A DNA stretch of 64,000 nucleotides from Patescibacteria group bacterium (GTDB lineage Bacteria; Patescibacteriota; Patescibacteriia; UBA9934): assembly GCA_018062825.1 (NCBI GenBank), contig JAGORL010000004.1:7409-71408 (forward strand), in the 5' to 3' direction. This document shows positions 52,435 to 63,007 of the stretch, piece by piece. A program made the translations under genes and the position numbers. How positions within the stretch are numbered: the first letter of the stretch is position 1; the number at the start of each line of letters is the position of its first letter. The notes under the pieces are model-generated. The model searched no databases. It had not been told where the DNA came from and saw only the letters and a program-made list of their open reading frames with translations.

Positions 52435-55400
52435 CTACTCACGCGAAACCGTAATCACGCCATCGTAATACACCCAAGGAGAAATGATCCCATCGTAGTC
52501 TGAATATTCATCGTAAGAACATTCAGCGGTAGAATCCGAAGGACTTAATAAGCTATTTCCACCACCATCAAAACATCCCTCTCGCCCATCGAGACCTGGA
52601 TCGCAACTACCCGTACACCATCCCCAGTTATCACGCACGTGAACTCGAGGCTGGAAGGTACACTGCGCATCAAGACCAGGATTTGTCACACATGGGCTAG
52701 CGTCCAAGATACCGTCACCGTCATCATCTGAACAAACCGGCGCAGTCTGAATGATGTCAGACGTACAGGTATAGATGTGATTGTACGATAGATAGTTTGG
52801 ATCACAGCTCTCATCAGTGAGGCCCCATTCGCTAGCAAGGTCACAGCGGCTAACGGTTGTATTGTTCTGCAAACCACGGTGGTTCTTGTAGAAGTTGTCA
52901 TCGGCATCCGAACCGCTTTCAATGCCATCACCCCAATCAATGATAATACGACGAAGTGGCAATTGATTCTTATCTGCTGCCGCATAGAACTTCAGGTTGG
53001 CGCGGTAGAACTTGATAGCCGAGATATTTCCGCCATCCTGGGTATTGATGGTAAAGGCATTCTCTTGATTCTCAGCACACTCCGTACCAGAACAGTTGTT
53101 CATGTCGAGTGACCAGATCTTGGGAGGAACACCTGAAGTACCACGAATGTCCCAGTCGAGCCCAACATCTGAAGGCTCCTCAACACCATCCTCATAGGAA
53201 CCAAGCGCCTCACCTCCAATGTCGCTTACGGTGAAGTTCGTATCACCGATAACCCAGCTAATTAATCCGGCCGGCTTAGCAAAAAGCTGCTGCAAACGAC
53301 CAATGATATCAGATGCATCTTCCGAGGTAGCCACATCTTCAGAGAATGAACCGAGTGAGTCCCAGGCAAGGAATGGCTTAGCCTGCGAAGACCCTGCACT
53401 GGCGAAAGCTGGCTCAAAATCACCACCCCAGAACGAACAATCTTCTGGGTTGTCAGCATCAGGTACTGGCAACAGGGCTCTCGTTTGAGGTGTGGAATTT
53501 GGATTTGCACATGCTGGAATGACAGCCGGTGTTGGATCTTCCAGATCATTGAATCCACTATTTAAGGTCGGGACAGTAATAGTGCCAGCCCACGGAGTAT
53601 TAATCGTTGCATACTCGTAAACATAGTCGCCAACGGTAATTTGCGATAACGAAGTGCTTTCAGGGTTCAAGACCCGATCTGTCCAAGCATAATTCTGCAC
53701 ATCCGCAACATCAGCCGAGCTACCGAGAATTAAATTCTCACAGGCAGGGTATGTTTCCCAATCCGGTCGCTGCACCGAAGATATATGGAAATCATCACCA
53801 TTAGGATCAAAGCCCTCATTAGAGCCACCATCAGCTAAATCTATAGCCATCGGCCAGGCAAAGAACCCGAGTTCATCCTCAACTACAGAAGAGCCGTAAT
53901 ACGTACAATCTAGATAATTATCCATCAAGATTTGAGCATTATCGTAACCAGCTTCATCTGAAGCAGAAAGGAAGAAATACTCAGTGCGTTCCTCAAAAAG
54001 ACCATTACCAGACGTGACGGAAAAACCAAGATCTTCTTCAGACGGCGTTTCACAAGCGTCCCCATTAGCATGAAACGAATTGTACGGAACACAAACGTAA
54101 GGACAAGCATTAACGGCATCCGTACAAGCTTCAGCGAATGAATTTGTATCCGTACCACCGTTATTCTTAGCTCGTCCACCCACTGCCCAGAATCCCTCAG
54201 GGCATGAAATAGTATGACGACAGTCATCCGATCTCTCAGTATTGATGCTTGCAGGCCTACTCGGAGCATTTAACGGATCTTCGCCGAGACTTTCAGCACA
54301 CGCCGTATAGGAATCAATATTGGCATAACCCCGAATCTCACCACAGTAGTTCAAATCACTAGCAACACCAGCGGTGGTGTACTTAGCAAACAAGTTCGTC
54401 TGACCAGCTAGCTGATCAACCGGTAGCCAAGTAACACAAGCCTGCTCATCACGATCACCATTTATATTGATTGCGCTATCACGCTCCAAACAGTAACCAG
54501 TGATGCCGTACAAATCATCAGCCCGAACAACTGGCTGACAAACGCCACCGCCTGTCTCACAATCACCTTCAGAAATAGCGCTCGAATCCGTAGAGCCAAA
54601 TGAACAGTAAACGTTATCAAACTCACCACCGGAACAAAGACCGATATTTGAGTCAGGGAAACGAGACTCAGTTGAGTAATAACGACTATCCCCTCCCTGC
54701 TGTCCATAACTGACCTTAGTGTAGGAACACAGACATTCCTCACCAGGCGCACACGTATTCACCTGATCAAAACCAGCACGCGTGCTGTACACCGTAGCAT
54801 CAAGGGTTTCGTTATCAATCTCCTCAATAGTGTTCTTAGCCTCTGGATCGTACCAACGCTCAACAACATCAGTAGAGAATGGACTTGTCTTCTCAGGATA
54901 GAGTCGGCACTCAGCAGCCTCAGCAGTTGCGGTATCAAAGGTATTACCATCTGGAGTCAACAAACAACGCTCGTTCAAACAAGTTCCAACCTTGAGCTGA
55001 ATATCTTCAATGAATGATTCGCCAGAACCACAGGAGAGTGTTGGATTGCTTGGTACAAAACTTTCAACCGTCACCGTAGCGCCCGGAGTAGCACATGAAC
55101 CAGCTAAACAGATATCACCCTCGTCACAATCAGCATCAGCGGCACAGAAGTCTGCGGTATCAATGTCGTAACAACCTCCAACAACGCACGTATCCCCTGA
55201 TCCACAGGATGCAGAAGAAGAACAAGCAGCGCCGCTCGTCTCACACACACCAACGCTACAGCTTTCACCAAAGTAGAAACCGTCATTCTCTTCACAGCTA
55301 CCGGCATCAAGCGCTAAACGATAGTCCGGCTTAATGCCTTCAGGAGCACAGTGATTATTCGATGACCCTGCGAATGTTCCAGTGATACCACAATCCGAAT

Positions 55401-58400
55401 CAACTATACACGTGTCACCCTGATTATCATTAAAGACCGTTTGCGTAATATCACCATTAGCAAGCGCTGCTCGCAAATCACACGTCAAAGGCTCTGGGGC
55501 AATATTCGCCTGGGTAAGCGCCTGTACTGGGTACAGGTCAGGAATCGCCATACCAGAATATTCATCGCCGTACCAAGAAACATCACGAGAGGTGTAGCGC
55601 TCTACATCAAGAACGATTTCTGGATCTTCAAAGTTCCAATCATCACAGAATGAAGCGTCACCAAGTGCCGTGTAACCACTACACAATTCAACATCAGAAC
55701 ACACCGTCTTGAATGTTGCGGAGTTCTCATCCCAAACGGTTTCGTAGTTTGCACAAGTTAACCACTCAGAACACTGACGATCACGGTTCACCTTCAAAAG
55801 CGTATTTGTATCGTTTTCAAGGCGATCAACCGGAGCATTCTGAACTCCAAGAGCCGGCGGCGTAACTCGAATCTCAGTCGTACAATCGTACGCCTTAATC
55901 ATTTCACCTGTTTCACTCTCAAGTGGTGAACAGTCACTCACCGAGTAACAAGACGTACCAAGAATCGCTACATCAGAAGCCTCGGTATAAAGACCGCTAT
56001 TACCAGCAGATGTTTCCTGGCTCATCTTCGCAACACGTCCAACGCCATCGGTAATATCAAGCACCTGACCTCGGTCGTACACACAGCGCTGAGCACAAAG
56101 GTCGATCGTTTCCCCACCAACTGTTACCACCTGGGTATTAGAAGCATCACAGTTAATTGGATCAACAAGGGAGTACGGCGCCTGACCAAAGATGACATCC
56201 GCATTCTTGCTTGCCGCCTCGGTGGCAGAAGCGTTGTACAAACGTGAAGACGTACCAGTGTCTAAGAACAAGGCACAGCCCTCCTTCAAAGAGGCTTGAC
56301 CATCGCAACGCTGGCTCGCTGGCAACACGTTCTCATCAAGATTGTCGTTATTCAAGAAAACGTAACTCTCACCATCAGCGTCTGAATACACCTCGTCAGA
56401 ATCAACATCTAATGGATCAAAGTACTCTGTACAGGTGCTGTACTCAGGCTCACACATACCTGCCCAGCCACCAAACTGAGCATCACCATTGCGCCACAAA
56501 CCGGACAATTCCCCGCCTACTAAGTAAGAGGGATCCTGGGTGTTACATGTATCAGCCGCGCCACCCGTACAATCCGCGGTTGAAGAACAGGCATTGCCGC
56601 CAATAGTACATGTGCCGTAACAGAATGAATCAGAACCTTCACGGAACCAACCATCATACGAACTACCAAGAATAGTGACGTCCGTACGGTACTCACAACG
56701 CTGACCTAATGGATTTTTGAAATAATACGTGGTATTCGCGTCATCAGACCAAGCCTCACAGAAAAGCTCATCCTGTTCACAAAGAACCTCATCAAATGTA
56801 TCAGGATCAATCGTGCGATAAACGCTGGCAGCTCCAAGTGTGCTGTTGCGATCCTGAGAGAAAGTCGGAAGACCGATCTCGGTACAACCAGCAGCACCCG
56901 TTGCGCAAGTAACGTCATCCGTTACTACCAGGAAGGCGTCCGTATCAGCCAAAGCTACCTGAGTAGAAGAAGCAAAGGTCAGATGCGCTGTTGATCCCGT
57001 GCTAAGAAGCGAAGTGGATGTATAACCATCGTAATCAAAGGTACAGAAACTAGTACCAACACCGATCGTACACAAGTACTGACTAGTGGTGTCATAAACT
57101 GCACCATTTGATTCGTAGTAACAGGAAGTAGCGGAGGTAGCCGGCAAACCATTTAACGTATTACAACGCAAATTGTGTACCGAAGCATACGGATCCTCGC
57201 TCTCCTGCGTCATGAAAAACGCATCACAACCAACAACGTCATCGGAACAGAGCTTACTAAACGACTTCAAGTAAACCGTTTCATCCTCATGCGTGGAATA
57301 CTCCTGACAACCCAAGTAATACTGCGAGCTAGCAGCGCCCGTTGGCGACTGATCACAAATTGCTGGCGTTGACCAAGAGCCACGAATCAAAGCGAGATTG
57401 TCCTCACCCTCACGAACAGTAAGGTTGTCGATATATGCGGTAGCACTTGGGTCAAAGACAAGAGCCGTACCGGTACCAAAGGCTGCAAAGTCAGCGGCAT
57501 TAAGGTTAGCGGTATCCATCGGGCCAGCGCTAATCTCAGTCCAACCATCTGTGAGCGTAAATGTTCCAAGATCAATATCAATAGCTGTTGAACCATTTGC
57601 TGGCGACAGATCAAAACCAACGCGCACGGTACCCGTACCCTTTGCTAAGAAGCTAATGGTATACGTCTTACCGGAGAACAGTTCATCACTAATCGTTCCA
57701 CAATAGGTCTCGCCCTCAGAAACCACACAAGATCCACCCAAAGGAGATGCCACGGAAGAACATCCGCCATCAGTCGTACAGGTAGAACCGGTGGAATACG
57801 TGTGGGTACGAACAACGTCAGTGAAAACCATGCTCTGACCACCGGTAGCAAGCGATTCGCTACTCAAACTTGCAAATGAAGCGGAAGATGCCTCAAAGGC
57901 ACTCACCGTTCCGTCTTCAAAATTCTCACTAAAGGCGACACGCGAGTTGCGACCACGACCACCCGTATAAGAACGACAACCGTTATCATTATCAGAACAC
58001 TCATCACTCTCCTCTGCTAGCCCAAGGTATCGGCAAGTACCAAGTACCGAATCAAAGTAACCGCCAGACGACTCACAAGAAAGTTCACGCTGTGCGCTTG
58101 TAGCTCCTGCAATATCCGTCTTGCGATAAGCCTGACAAGCTACATCAACAGAGACGGTTTTGCTCCACAATCGATAATGAATACCTCCAGCAGCATCATA
58201 AAACTCACGGCAATCTGGATTGGTGTAAATATCAGCGTTCTCGTCACACGCTGAAGTATCCCAGTCGTAAATACCGTTACCATCTAAATCGATCGCATCA
58301 GAACAGGTCACCCCGTCATCCGTAGCATTCCAGTTAGAACACGGCGCTGCTCCCGGATCTGTATCAGTGCCACCACTAGCGCCATAAGAGTAATCTGCGC

Positions 58401-61400
58401 CACTCAAGCCAGATTCAAGCAAATTCCACTCACGCAATTGGTAACCAGAGGAGTCTGAGCCCTCCCAGGTATAGAAAACCGCTCCCTGATCGCCACCAAT
58501 ATTTGCCGCTGCTTGCTCTGGAGTAACGCAAGATCGAAGGTAAGTGTAATACTCCAACTCTTCAGTCGCAAGATTGGTAAACTCAGAACAGCCAACAGCA
58601 TCTTCTGAACAGGTTTCAGCGGTTGTTGGAATGAAATAAAGCGGGAACTCCCCATCCGGTTCGTAACGAGTTGGTTCTTGCTTATACGTATCGTAACCAG
58701 AACAAATAGACGGACAAGAATCAAGCTCATTGGCAACGCCCGTGATCGTTGGATTGCCATTTGTTGGGCTATACGCCGTACAGCCAACATCATTCTCAGA
58801 ACAAACTTGCGCATACGCTACACACGCCTCAGGATCAGTTGCTGCGCCAGTACAACCTAAATAACTCGGAGCAACCTTGGCAACAACCGTATCAAGTGAC
58901 GCGCTGCTGTAACCAACGGCAAACGTCGAGGCATCTTCACCCTGCTCAACCTGCACGTCATCAATATAGAGATCACCGATAAACTGAATCTCAGCCGTTA
59001 AACGATCCGCAGGATCAGCAAGGACTGGTGCGGTAAAGGTACAAGAAAACCGTTCATAACCAGTTGAGGTCGGAGAGCCACCAAAGCTGACCGTTTCATC
59101 ACCTCCACTTGCGTCATTATCAGCAAAAGAACAATTAGCGCCAGCGCTTGTTCCAGCTAGATCAATAGTAGATCCGGAATCAGAGGTAAAAACAATCGAC
59201 ATCTTAGCTGAAGCACTACCAGTGCTCACTTTTTGACGAGCATAGAAGGATGCTGAGTAGAACGTGCCCTGAGAAAAGGTAACGCCCGGCTGATAAACAG
59301 AACCGGTCGCCGGATTAACGCCAGCCAAGCCGGAACGAGCAAAGACACCCGTCGTATCAGTAACAACCGCCGCGGAAGAAACCATCCAACCATCCGCAAC
59401 GTCATCATTATTTGCATCATCCTCTAAACCTGGATTCTTCAAGATATTCAGGCGTAAATCTGAAGAACGACGTACTAGTTCTCGGCAACCGCCATCTTCT
59501 TCATCACACTCCTCAGCAGCAGATGTAAGGTAGATGCGATCGTCATAAACCTCAGTTGTACTCTCGGTTACCGCTAAATTAGTAACGGCTGGCCAGGCAA
59601 AAGACCCATCTCCTTGAACAACTTTTTGCGTGTCATACCACAAACAACCGGCATTACCTTCAGTACAAGGACCAGGATCAACGGAGTTACGAAGTAAAGA
59701 AATATCTTCACCCTGAGAATCTTCAAGTGTTAAACACGATGCGTACTGTTCAGGGCAGGAATCGCCACGGAAACTCCAGGCATTCTCTTCTCGGACACAA
59801 TAACCAAAGCCACCGATACAATTACCGTTCTCATCCTCATAAATACAACTCGGCATGTCGACACACTCCTCAGAACGAGCATTCGTGCCACTAACCGCCA
59901 AAAGCTGACCGTTACCCTGCATGCGACACTGTGTTTCTGGATATTTCAAAACCCAAGACGGATCAATGAGCTTACACCATGGGTGGTTAGCATCACGCTC
60001 CCCTGCTGTATTACAGTCGTCAAAACCATTAACTACCTGTTGAAGAGTTGGCGCAGTGCCGCTTGTAGCACTCTCAGCAGCCAATTCCCAACCAATAGGA
60101 AGCACACGAGCCTTGCGAAGTTTTACAAGGTTAGTATGACAATAACCGTAGGTATAACAATACGGATCTTGGTTACGAGCCACATCCTGTGAGCCAATAA
60201 GCGGGAATGATCCACGCAAAAGACCCTCTTCAATCGCCTCCTCAACAGTAATCGGCACCCCAGACGCCGCGCGTGCAACAGCGGACAAAAATGACGCATC
60301 CATGACACAGTTATACAAACCGCGATTCGTTGCCGATGGACAGGCAGCAAACTCAGAAAGAATGCTAAAGTTATCAATCTGCGTAGGAGCAGCTGCTAAA
60401 AACGAGCGGTAGGAAGCACGCGCTCCGTCAGCGTTCGATGAATTGATGGAAGCAATATCACCAAATGGATCAGGGATATCCATGTCAAACTTGAAAAGAC
60501 CCTGATAAATTTTCTGAGTAAGCTCAGAAAGAAGCGTGTTGGTAAAAACGGAAGCCGTATGAATACCAACACCTAAAAGCACATCCTGATCACCAAGTGC
60601 ACTAATTGCGAAATTCTTCTTAGTTTCACCCGGCTCATTAAGCTTATTGGCAAGGTCGTCAGCTAAGATATTTGCCGGAGTCTCAACGTTACCCGTAATG
60701 ACGTTCGTAAGATCCTTAAAACCGTTATTCTTAATATGAGCAACCGTCTCGATCTTTGCCTTCTCCAAAGCGTCAGCAATGGCATCATGCTGAATAGTGA
60801 CACCAACCTGAAACTCGTTAACAGTTGGATCATACGCATTTGCCAACTGTGTCAAAATCGTACGATTCTTCAAAAGATTTCCCTCTTCACTTGAAACGTC
60901 AGCAATAAAGCTATCCCAATTTTCAACAATCTCGTTAAATTCACACTGTGGCTCAGGGCGATCAAAAACACCCTGAATACCAAACATGATGGAAAGTCCA
61001 ACGTTAAAACGAGGTGCACACAAATTAAAATCCCCAAGAACGCCACCAAAGCCAGAACTTGCCGCTAACTCTGCCTGAAGTGAACCTACAGCCTCGCCAG
61101 CAACAGCCTGAGCATAATCAGTCCAGTAGTTTCCACCATCTCGACCATCAAAAAGCGGCTCATCCGCAGGACCACCCGCAGCAATAAAAACTGCGGCGTC
61201 GTATGCCAAACGATCAAGCGCAAAAGTAACCGTGTTCATCAAAATCTGAGCAATCGCAATCGATCGAACCTGTTTAGCCGTTAGTTCCGCAGTCTCAATA
61301 GCATCCTCCAAAGCACGAGGAGCATCAGTCAAGGTATTAGCTCCTACAACAAGCTGAGCAGAAGCAATAGTTGGCAGGAAAAAGCTCGTAAAGAGCGCCA

Positions 61401-61440
61401 ATCCTATACTTGCTCGTAAAAATCGATTGATAACACCCAT
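52435..61440 (-). CDS. giant (3001 aa) secreted Cys/Asp/Gly/Thr/Ser-rich surface protein of the secretion locus
   Basis: Single uninterrupted 9-kb ORF with backbone-like composition. N-terminal signal peptide (..LPTIASA-QLVVG). Dozens of Cys and many D-x-D/G-rich segments suggest an extracellular disulfide or calcium-stabilised repeat architecture. Confidence 0.8.
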   Translation of the reverse strand: MGVINRFLRASIGLALFTSFFLPTIASAQLVVGANTLTDAPRALEDAIETAELTAKQVRSIAIAQILMNTVTFALDRLAYDAAVFIAAGGPADEPLFDGRDGGNYWTDYAQAVAGEAVGSLQAELAASSGFGGVLGDFNLCAPRFNVGLSIMFGIQGVFDRPEPQCEFNEIVENWDSFIADVSSEEGNLLKNRTILTQLANAYDPTVNEFQVGVTIQHDAIADALEKAKIETVAHIKNNGFKDLTNVITGNVETPANILADDLANKLNEPGETKKNFAISALGDQDVLLGVGIHTASVFTNTLLSELTQKIYQGLFKFDMDIPDPFGDIASINSSNADGARASYRSFLAAAPTQIDNFSILSEFAACPSATNRGLYNCVMDASFLSAVARAASGVPITVEEAIEEGLLRGSFPLIGSQDVARNQDPYCYTYGYCHTNLVKLRKARVLPIGWELAAESATSGTAPTLQQVVNGFDDCNTAGERDANHPWCKLIDPSWVLKYPETQCRMQGNGQLLAVSGTNARSEECVDMPSCIYEDENGNCIGGFGYCVREENAWSFRGDSCPEQYASCLTLEDSQGEDISLLRNSVDPGPCTEGNAGCLWYDTQKVVQGDGSFAWPAVTNLAVTESTTEVYDDRIYLTSAAEECDEEDGGCRELVRRSSDLRLNILKNPGLEDDANNDDVADGWMVSSAAVVTDTTGVFARSGLAGVNPATGSVYQPGVTFSQGTFYSASFYARQKVSTGSASAKMSIVFTSDSGSTIDLAGTSAGANCSFADNDASGGDETVSFGGSPTSTGYERFSCTFTAPVLADPADRLTAEIQFIGDLYIDDVQVEQGEDASTFAVGYSSASLDTVVAKVAPSYLGCTGAATDPEACVAYAQVCSENDVGCTAYSPTNGNPTITGVANELDSCPSICSGYDTYKQEPTRYEPDGEFPLYFIPTTAETCSEDAVGCSEFTNLATEELEYYTYLRSCVTPEQAAANIGGDQGAVFYTWEGSDSSGYQLREWNLLESGLSGADYSYGASGGTDTDPGAAPCSNWNATDDGVTCSDAIDLDGNGIYDWDTSACDENADIYTNPDCREFYDAAGGIHYRLWSKTVSVDVACQAYRKTDIAGATSAQRELSCESSGGYFDSVLGTCRYLGLAEESDECSDNDNGCRSYTGGRGRNSRVAFSENFEDGTVSAFEASSASFASLSSESLATGGQSMVFTDVVRTHTYSTGSTCTTDGGCSSVASPLGGSCVVSEGETYCGTISDELFSGKTYTISFLAKGTGTVRVGFDLSPANGSTAIDIDLGTFTLTDGWTEISAGPMDTANLNAADFAAFGTGTALVFDPSATAYIDNLTVREGEDNLALIRGSWSTPAICDQSPTGAASSQYYLGCQEYSTHEDETVYLKSFSKLCSDDVVGCDAFFMTQESEDPYASVHNLRCNTLNGLPATSATSCYYESNGAVYDTTSQYLCTIGVGTSFCTFDYDGYTSTSLLSTGSTAHLTFASSTQVALADTDAFLVVTDDVTCATGAAGCTEIGLPTFSQDRNSTLGAASVYRTIDPDTFDEVLCEQDELFCEAWSDDANTTYYFKNPLGQRCEYRTDVTILGSSYDGWFREGSDSFCYGTCTIGGNACSSTADCTGGAADTCNTQDPSYLVGGELSGLWRNGDAQFGGWAGMCEPEYSTCTEYFDPLDVDSDEVYSDADGESYVFLNNDNLDENVLPASQRCDGQASLKEGCALFLDTGTSSRLYNASATEAASKNADVIFGQAPYSLVDPINCDASNTQVVTVGGETIDLCAQRCVYDRGQVLDITDGVGRVAKMSQETSAGNSGLYTEASDVAILGTSCYSVSDCSPLESETGEMIKAYDCTTEIRVTPPALGVQNAPVDRLENDTNTLLKVNRDRQCSEWLTCANYETVWDENSATFKTVCSDVELCSGYTALGDASFCDDWNFEDPEIVLDVERYTSRDVSWYGDEYSGMAIPDLYPVQALTQANIAPEPLTCDLRAALANGDITQTVFNDNQGDTCIVDSDCGITGTFAGSSNNHCAPEGIKPDYRLALDAGSCEENDGFYFGESCSVGVCETSGAACSSSASCGSGDTCVVGGCYDIDTADFCAADADCDEGDICLAGSCATPGATVTVESFVPSNPTLSCGSGESFIEDIQLKVGTCLNERCLLTPDGNTFDTATAEAAECRLYPEKTSPFSTDVVERWYDPEAKNTIEEIDNETLDATVYSTRAGFDQVNTCAPGEECLCSYTKVSYGQQGGDSRYYSTESRFPDSNIGLCSGGEFDNVYCSFGSTDSSAISEGDCETGGGVCQPVVRADDLYGITGYCLERDSAININGDRDEQACVTWLPVDQLAGQTNLFAKYTTAGVASDLNYCGEIRGYANIDSYTACAESLGEDPLNAPSRPASINTERSDDCRHTISCPEGFWAVGGRAKNNGGTDTNSFAEACTDAVNACPYVCVPYNSFHANGDACETPSEEDLGFSVTSGNGLFEERTEYFFLSASDEAGYDNAQILMDNYLDCTYYGSSVVEDELGFFAWPMAIDLADGGSNEGFDPNGDDFHISSVQRPDWETYPACENLILGSSADVADVQNYAWTDRVLNPESTSLSQITVGDYVYEYATINTPWAGTITVPTLNSGFNDLEDPTPAVIPACANPNSTPQTRALLPVPDADNPEDCSFWGGDFEPAFASAGSSQAKPFLAWDSLGSFSEDVATSEDASDIIGRLQQLFAKPAGLISWVIGDTNFTVSDIGGEALGSYEDGVEEPSDVGLDWDIRGTSGVPPKIWSLDMNNCSGTECAENQENAFTINTQDGGNISAIKFYRANLKFYAAADKNQLPLRRIIIDWGDGIESGSDADDNFYKNHRGLQNNTTVSRCDLASEWGLTDESCDPNYLSYNHIYTCTSDIIQTAPVCSDDDGDGILDASPCVTNPGLDAQCTFQPRVHVRDNWGWCTGSCDPGLDGREGCFDGGGNSLLSPSDSTAECSYDEYSDYDGIISPWVYYDGVITVSRE

Positions 61441-61450
61441 ACAAGCTCAA

Positions 61451-62134
61451 TTATTGAGACGCTTCAGCATTCTGCGCCTGAGTTAGCGCAGTTTGGTATA
61501 ACTCTAAAATCTGTCCATCGGTTAGCTGCCCAACTTCAGCCTCACTCACCCCGAGCGCTACCAATAACTCTCGTATATCGGCAACGGTTAGAGTGGAAAG
61601 ATCAACGTCTGCTGCAGTGTCAGTAGTAACAACGCCTTCCGCTGTAAGAGCGGCTTCTAACCCCTCAGGCTCAACCGGAACCGGCACATCATCCAAGAAC
61701 GTACCTGATGCATTGGTTGGCAAAACGGCATCAGCATCTTCAACAAGATCATCAGCTACGCACACCTCACCCGGAGAACAAAGCGGATCATCCCCTGCCA
61801 AGATCTCTGTACCATCAGCAATGCCATCGCCATCTGTATCTTGAAGATATGCGGAGGTCTTGAATACAAAACGTTCATCGTAATCACTTACACCATCCTC
61901 ATCTGTATCAGCGGCGCGCAACTGCGCCATCTCTGCTGACTCTTCTTCGTCAGAAGTTTGAAAACGCGGACCGGTATACGTAACAACAAATGGCACAGCA
62001 GCGTGCTTCCACAAGTAAAAACCACCTAAAACAAGGCCACCAAGCGCACAAATAAAAACAAAACCGATACCGACTCTCTGTTCAGAGGTCAGCGGCGGTT
62101 TGCGTGCCGGAAGAATAATCCGCCCTTCATCCAT
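61451..62134 (-). CDS. membrane-anchored acidic protein with thrombospondin type-3-like calcium-binding motifs
   Basis: N-terminal TM GIGFVFICALGGLVLGGFYLW. Motifs DTDEDGVSDYDE and DTDGDGIADGTE (D-x-D-x-D-G). It lies 10 nt upstream of the giant gene. Confidence 0.5.
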   Translation of the reverse strand: MDEGRIILPARKPPLTSEQRVGIGFVFICALGGLVLGGFYLWKHAAVPFVVTYTGPRFQTSDEEESAEMAQLRAADTDEDGVSDYDERFVFKTSAYLQDTDGDGIADGTEILAGDDPLCSPGEVCVADDLVEDADAVLPTNASGTFLDDVPVPVEPEGLEAALTAEGVVTTDTAADVDLSTLTVADIRELLVALGVSEAEVGQLTDGQILELYQTALTQAQNAEASQ

Positions 62135-62184
62135 ACTTCAGGAAAAGTATATCACGGATGATGGGTAATTTTGGTGTGCAAAAC

Positions 62185-62964
62185 TTACAACGAGGTGTTC
62201 AAAACTGCGGCAAGCTGTATCCAAGTAGCAACCGGAATATCCTCAGCGCGCACCGATGCTGATAACTGAACTGCGGAAAGCGCCGCTTCAACTGCAGCCG
62301 CCTCAAAACCTGCATGAGTAAAATTATTACGAACCTGTTTACGCGGATGAGCAAAGCCAACGCGTACAAGCTTCATAACCGCCTCGCGATCAACGCCAGC
62401 TGGCGCAGCCTTAGGAACAAAGCGCAAAACAATCGAATCAACCTTCGGAGGCGGCGCAAACGAACCAGGCTTCACATTCACAACACGTGAAAAATCCCCG
62501 TACAGCTGACCTGCAACACTTAAAATACTAAACTTCACCTTGGCAAGAAGCGCCTCCCCCACCTCTTTCTGGAGCATAACAACACCAACCCGCGGCGGAC
62601 GAGGCAGCGTAAGAATGCGCATTAAAATAGGTGTCCCAACGTTATACGGCAAATTACTAACAAAAACCCAAGAACGCCCGCCTATAAGTTGTTCATAATC
62701 CATCGTCGTCGCATCGGCTCGCAAAATCGCTACTTCAGGAAACGCCTTCCGTAAGCTCAAGATAAGATCACTATCCGCCTCAATAAGCGTCAGATCCTTA
62801 GCGCCACACTCCTGCATACGCTGCCAAAGCGGTACGGTTAACGCTCCTTGCCCTGGCCCAACCTCAATAACAGCGTCATTGCCCTTGATATCGGCCGCTT
62901 CTAAAATCTTCGCAATAACCGATTCATCACGCAAAAAATGCTGTCCGTACGATTTCTTAGCCAT
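62185..62964 (-). CDS. rsmA: 16S rRNA (adenine1518-N6/adenine1519-N6)-dimethyltransferase
   Basis: AKKSYGQHFL N-terminus and SAM motif VIEVGPGQGALT. 259 aa. Confidence 0.9.
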   Translation of the reverse strand: MAKKSYGQHFLRDESVIAKILEAADIKGNDAVIEVGPGQGALTVPLWQRMQECGAKDLTLIEADSDLILSLRKAFPEVAILRADATTMDYEQLIGGRSWVFVSNLPYNVGTPILMRILTLPRPPRVGVVMLQKEVGEALLAKVKFSILSVAGQLYGDFSRVVNVKPGSFAPPPKVDSIVLRFVPKAAPAGVDREAVMKLVRVGFAHPRKQVRNNFTHAGFEAAAVEAALSAVQLSASVRAEDIPVATWIQLAAVLNTSL

Positions 62965-63007
62965 ATTCTATTCTCCTTACCAAACTCCCAACTTCGAACT
63001 TTAATCT

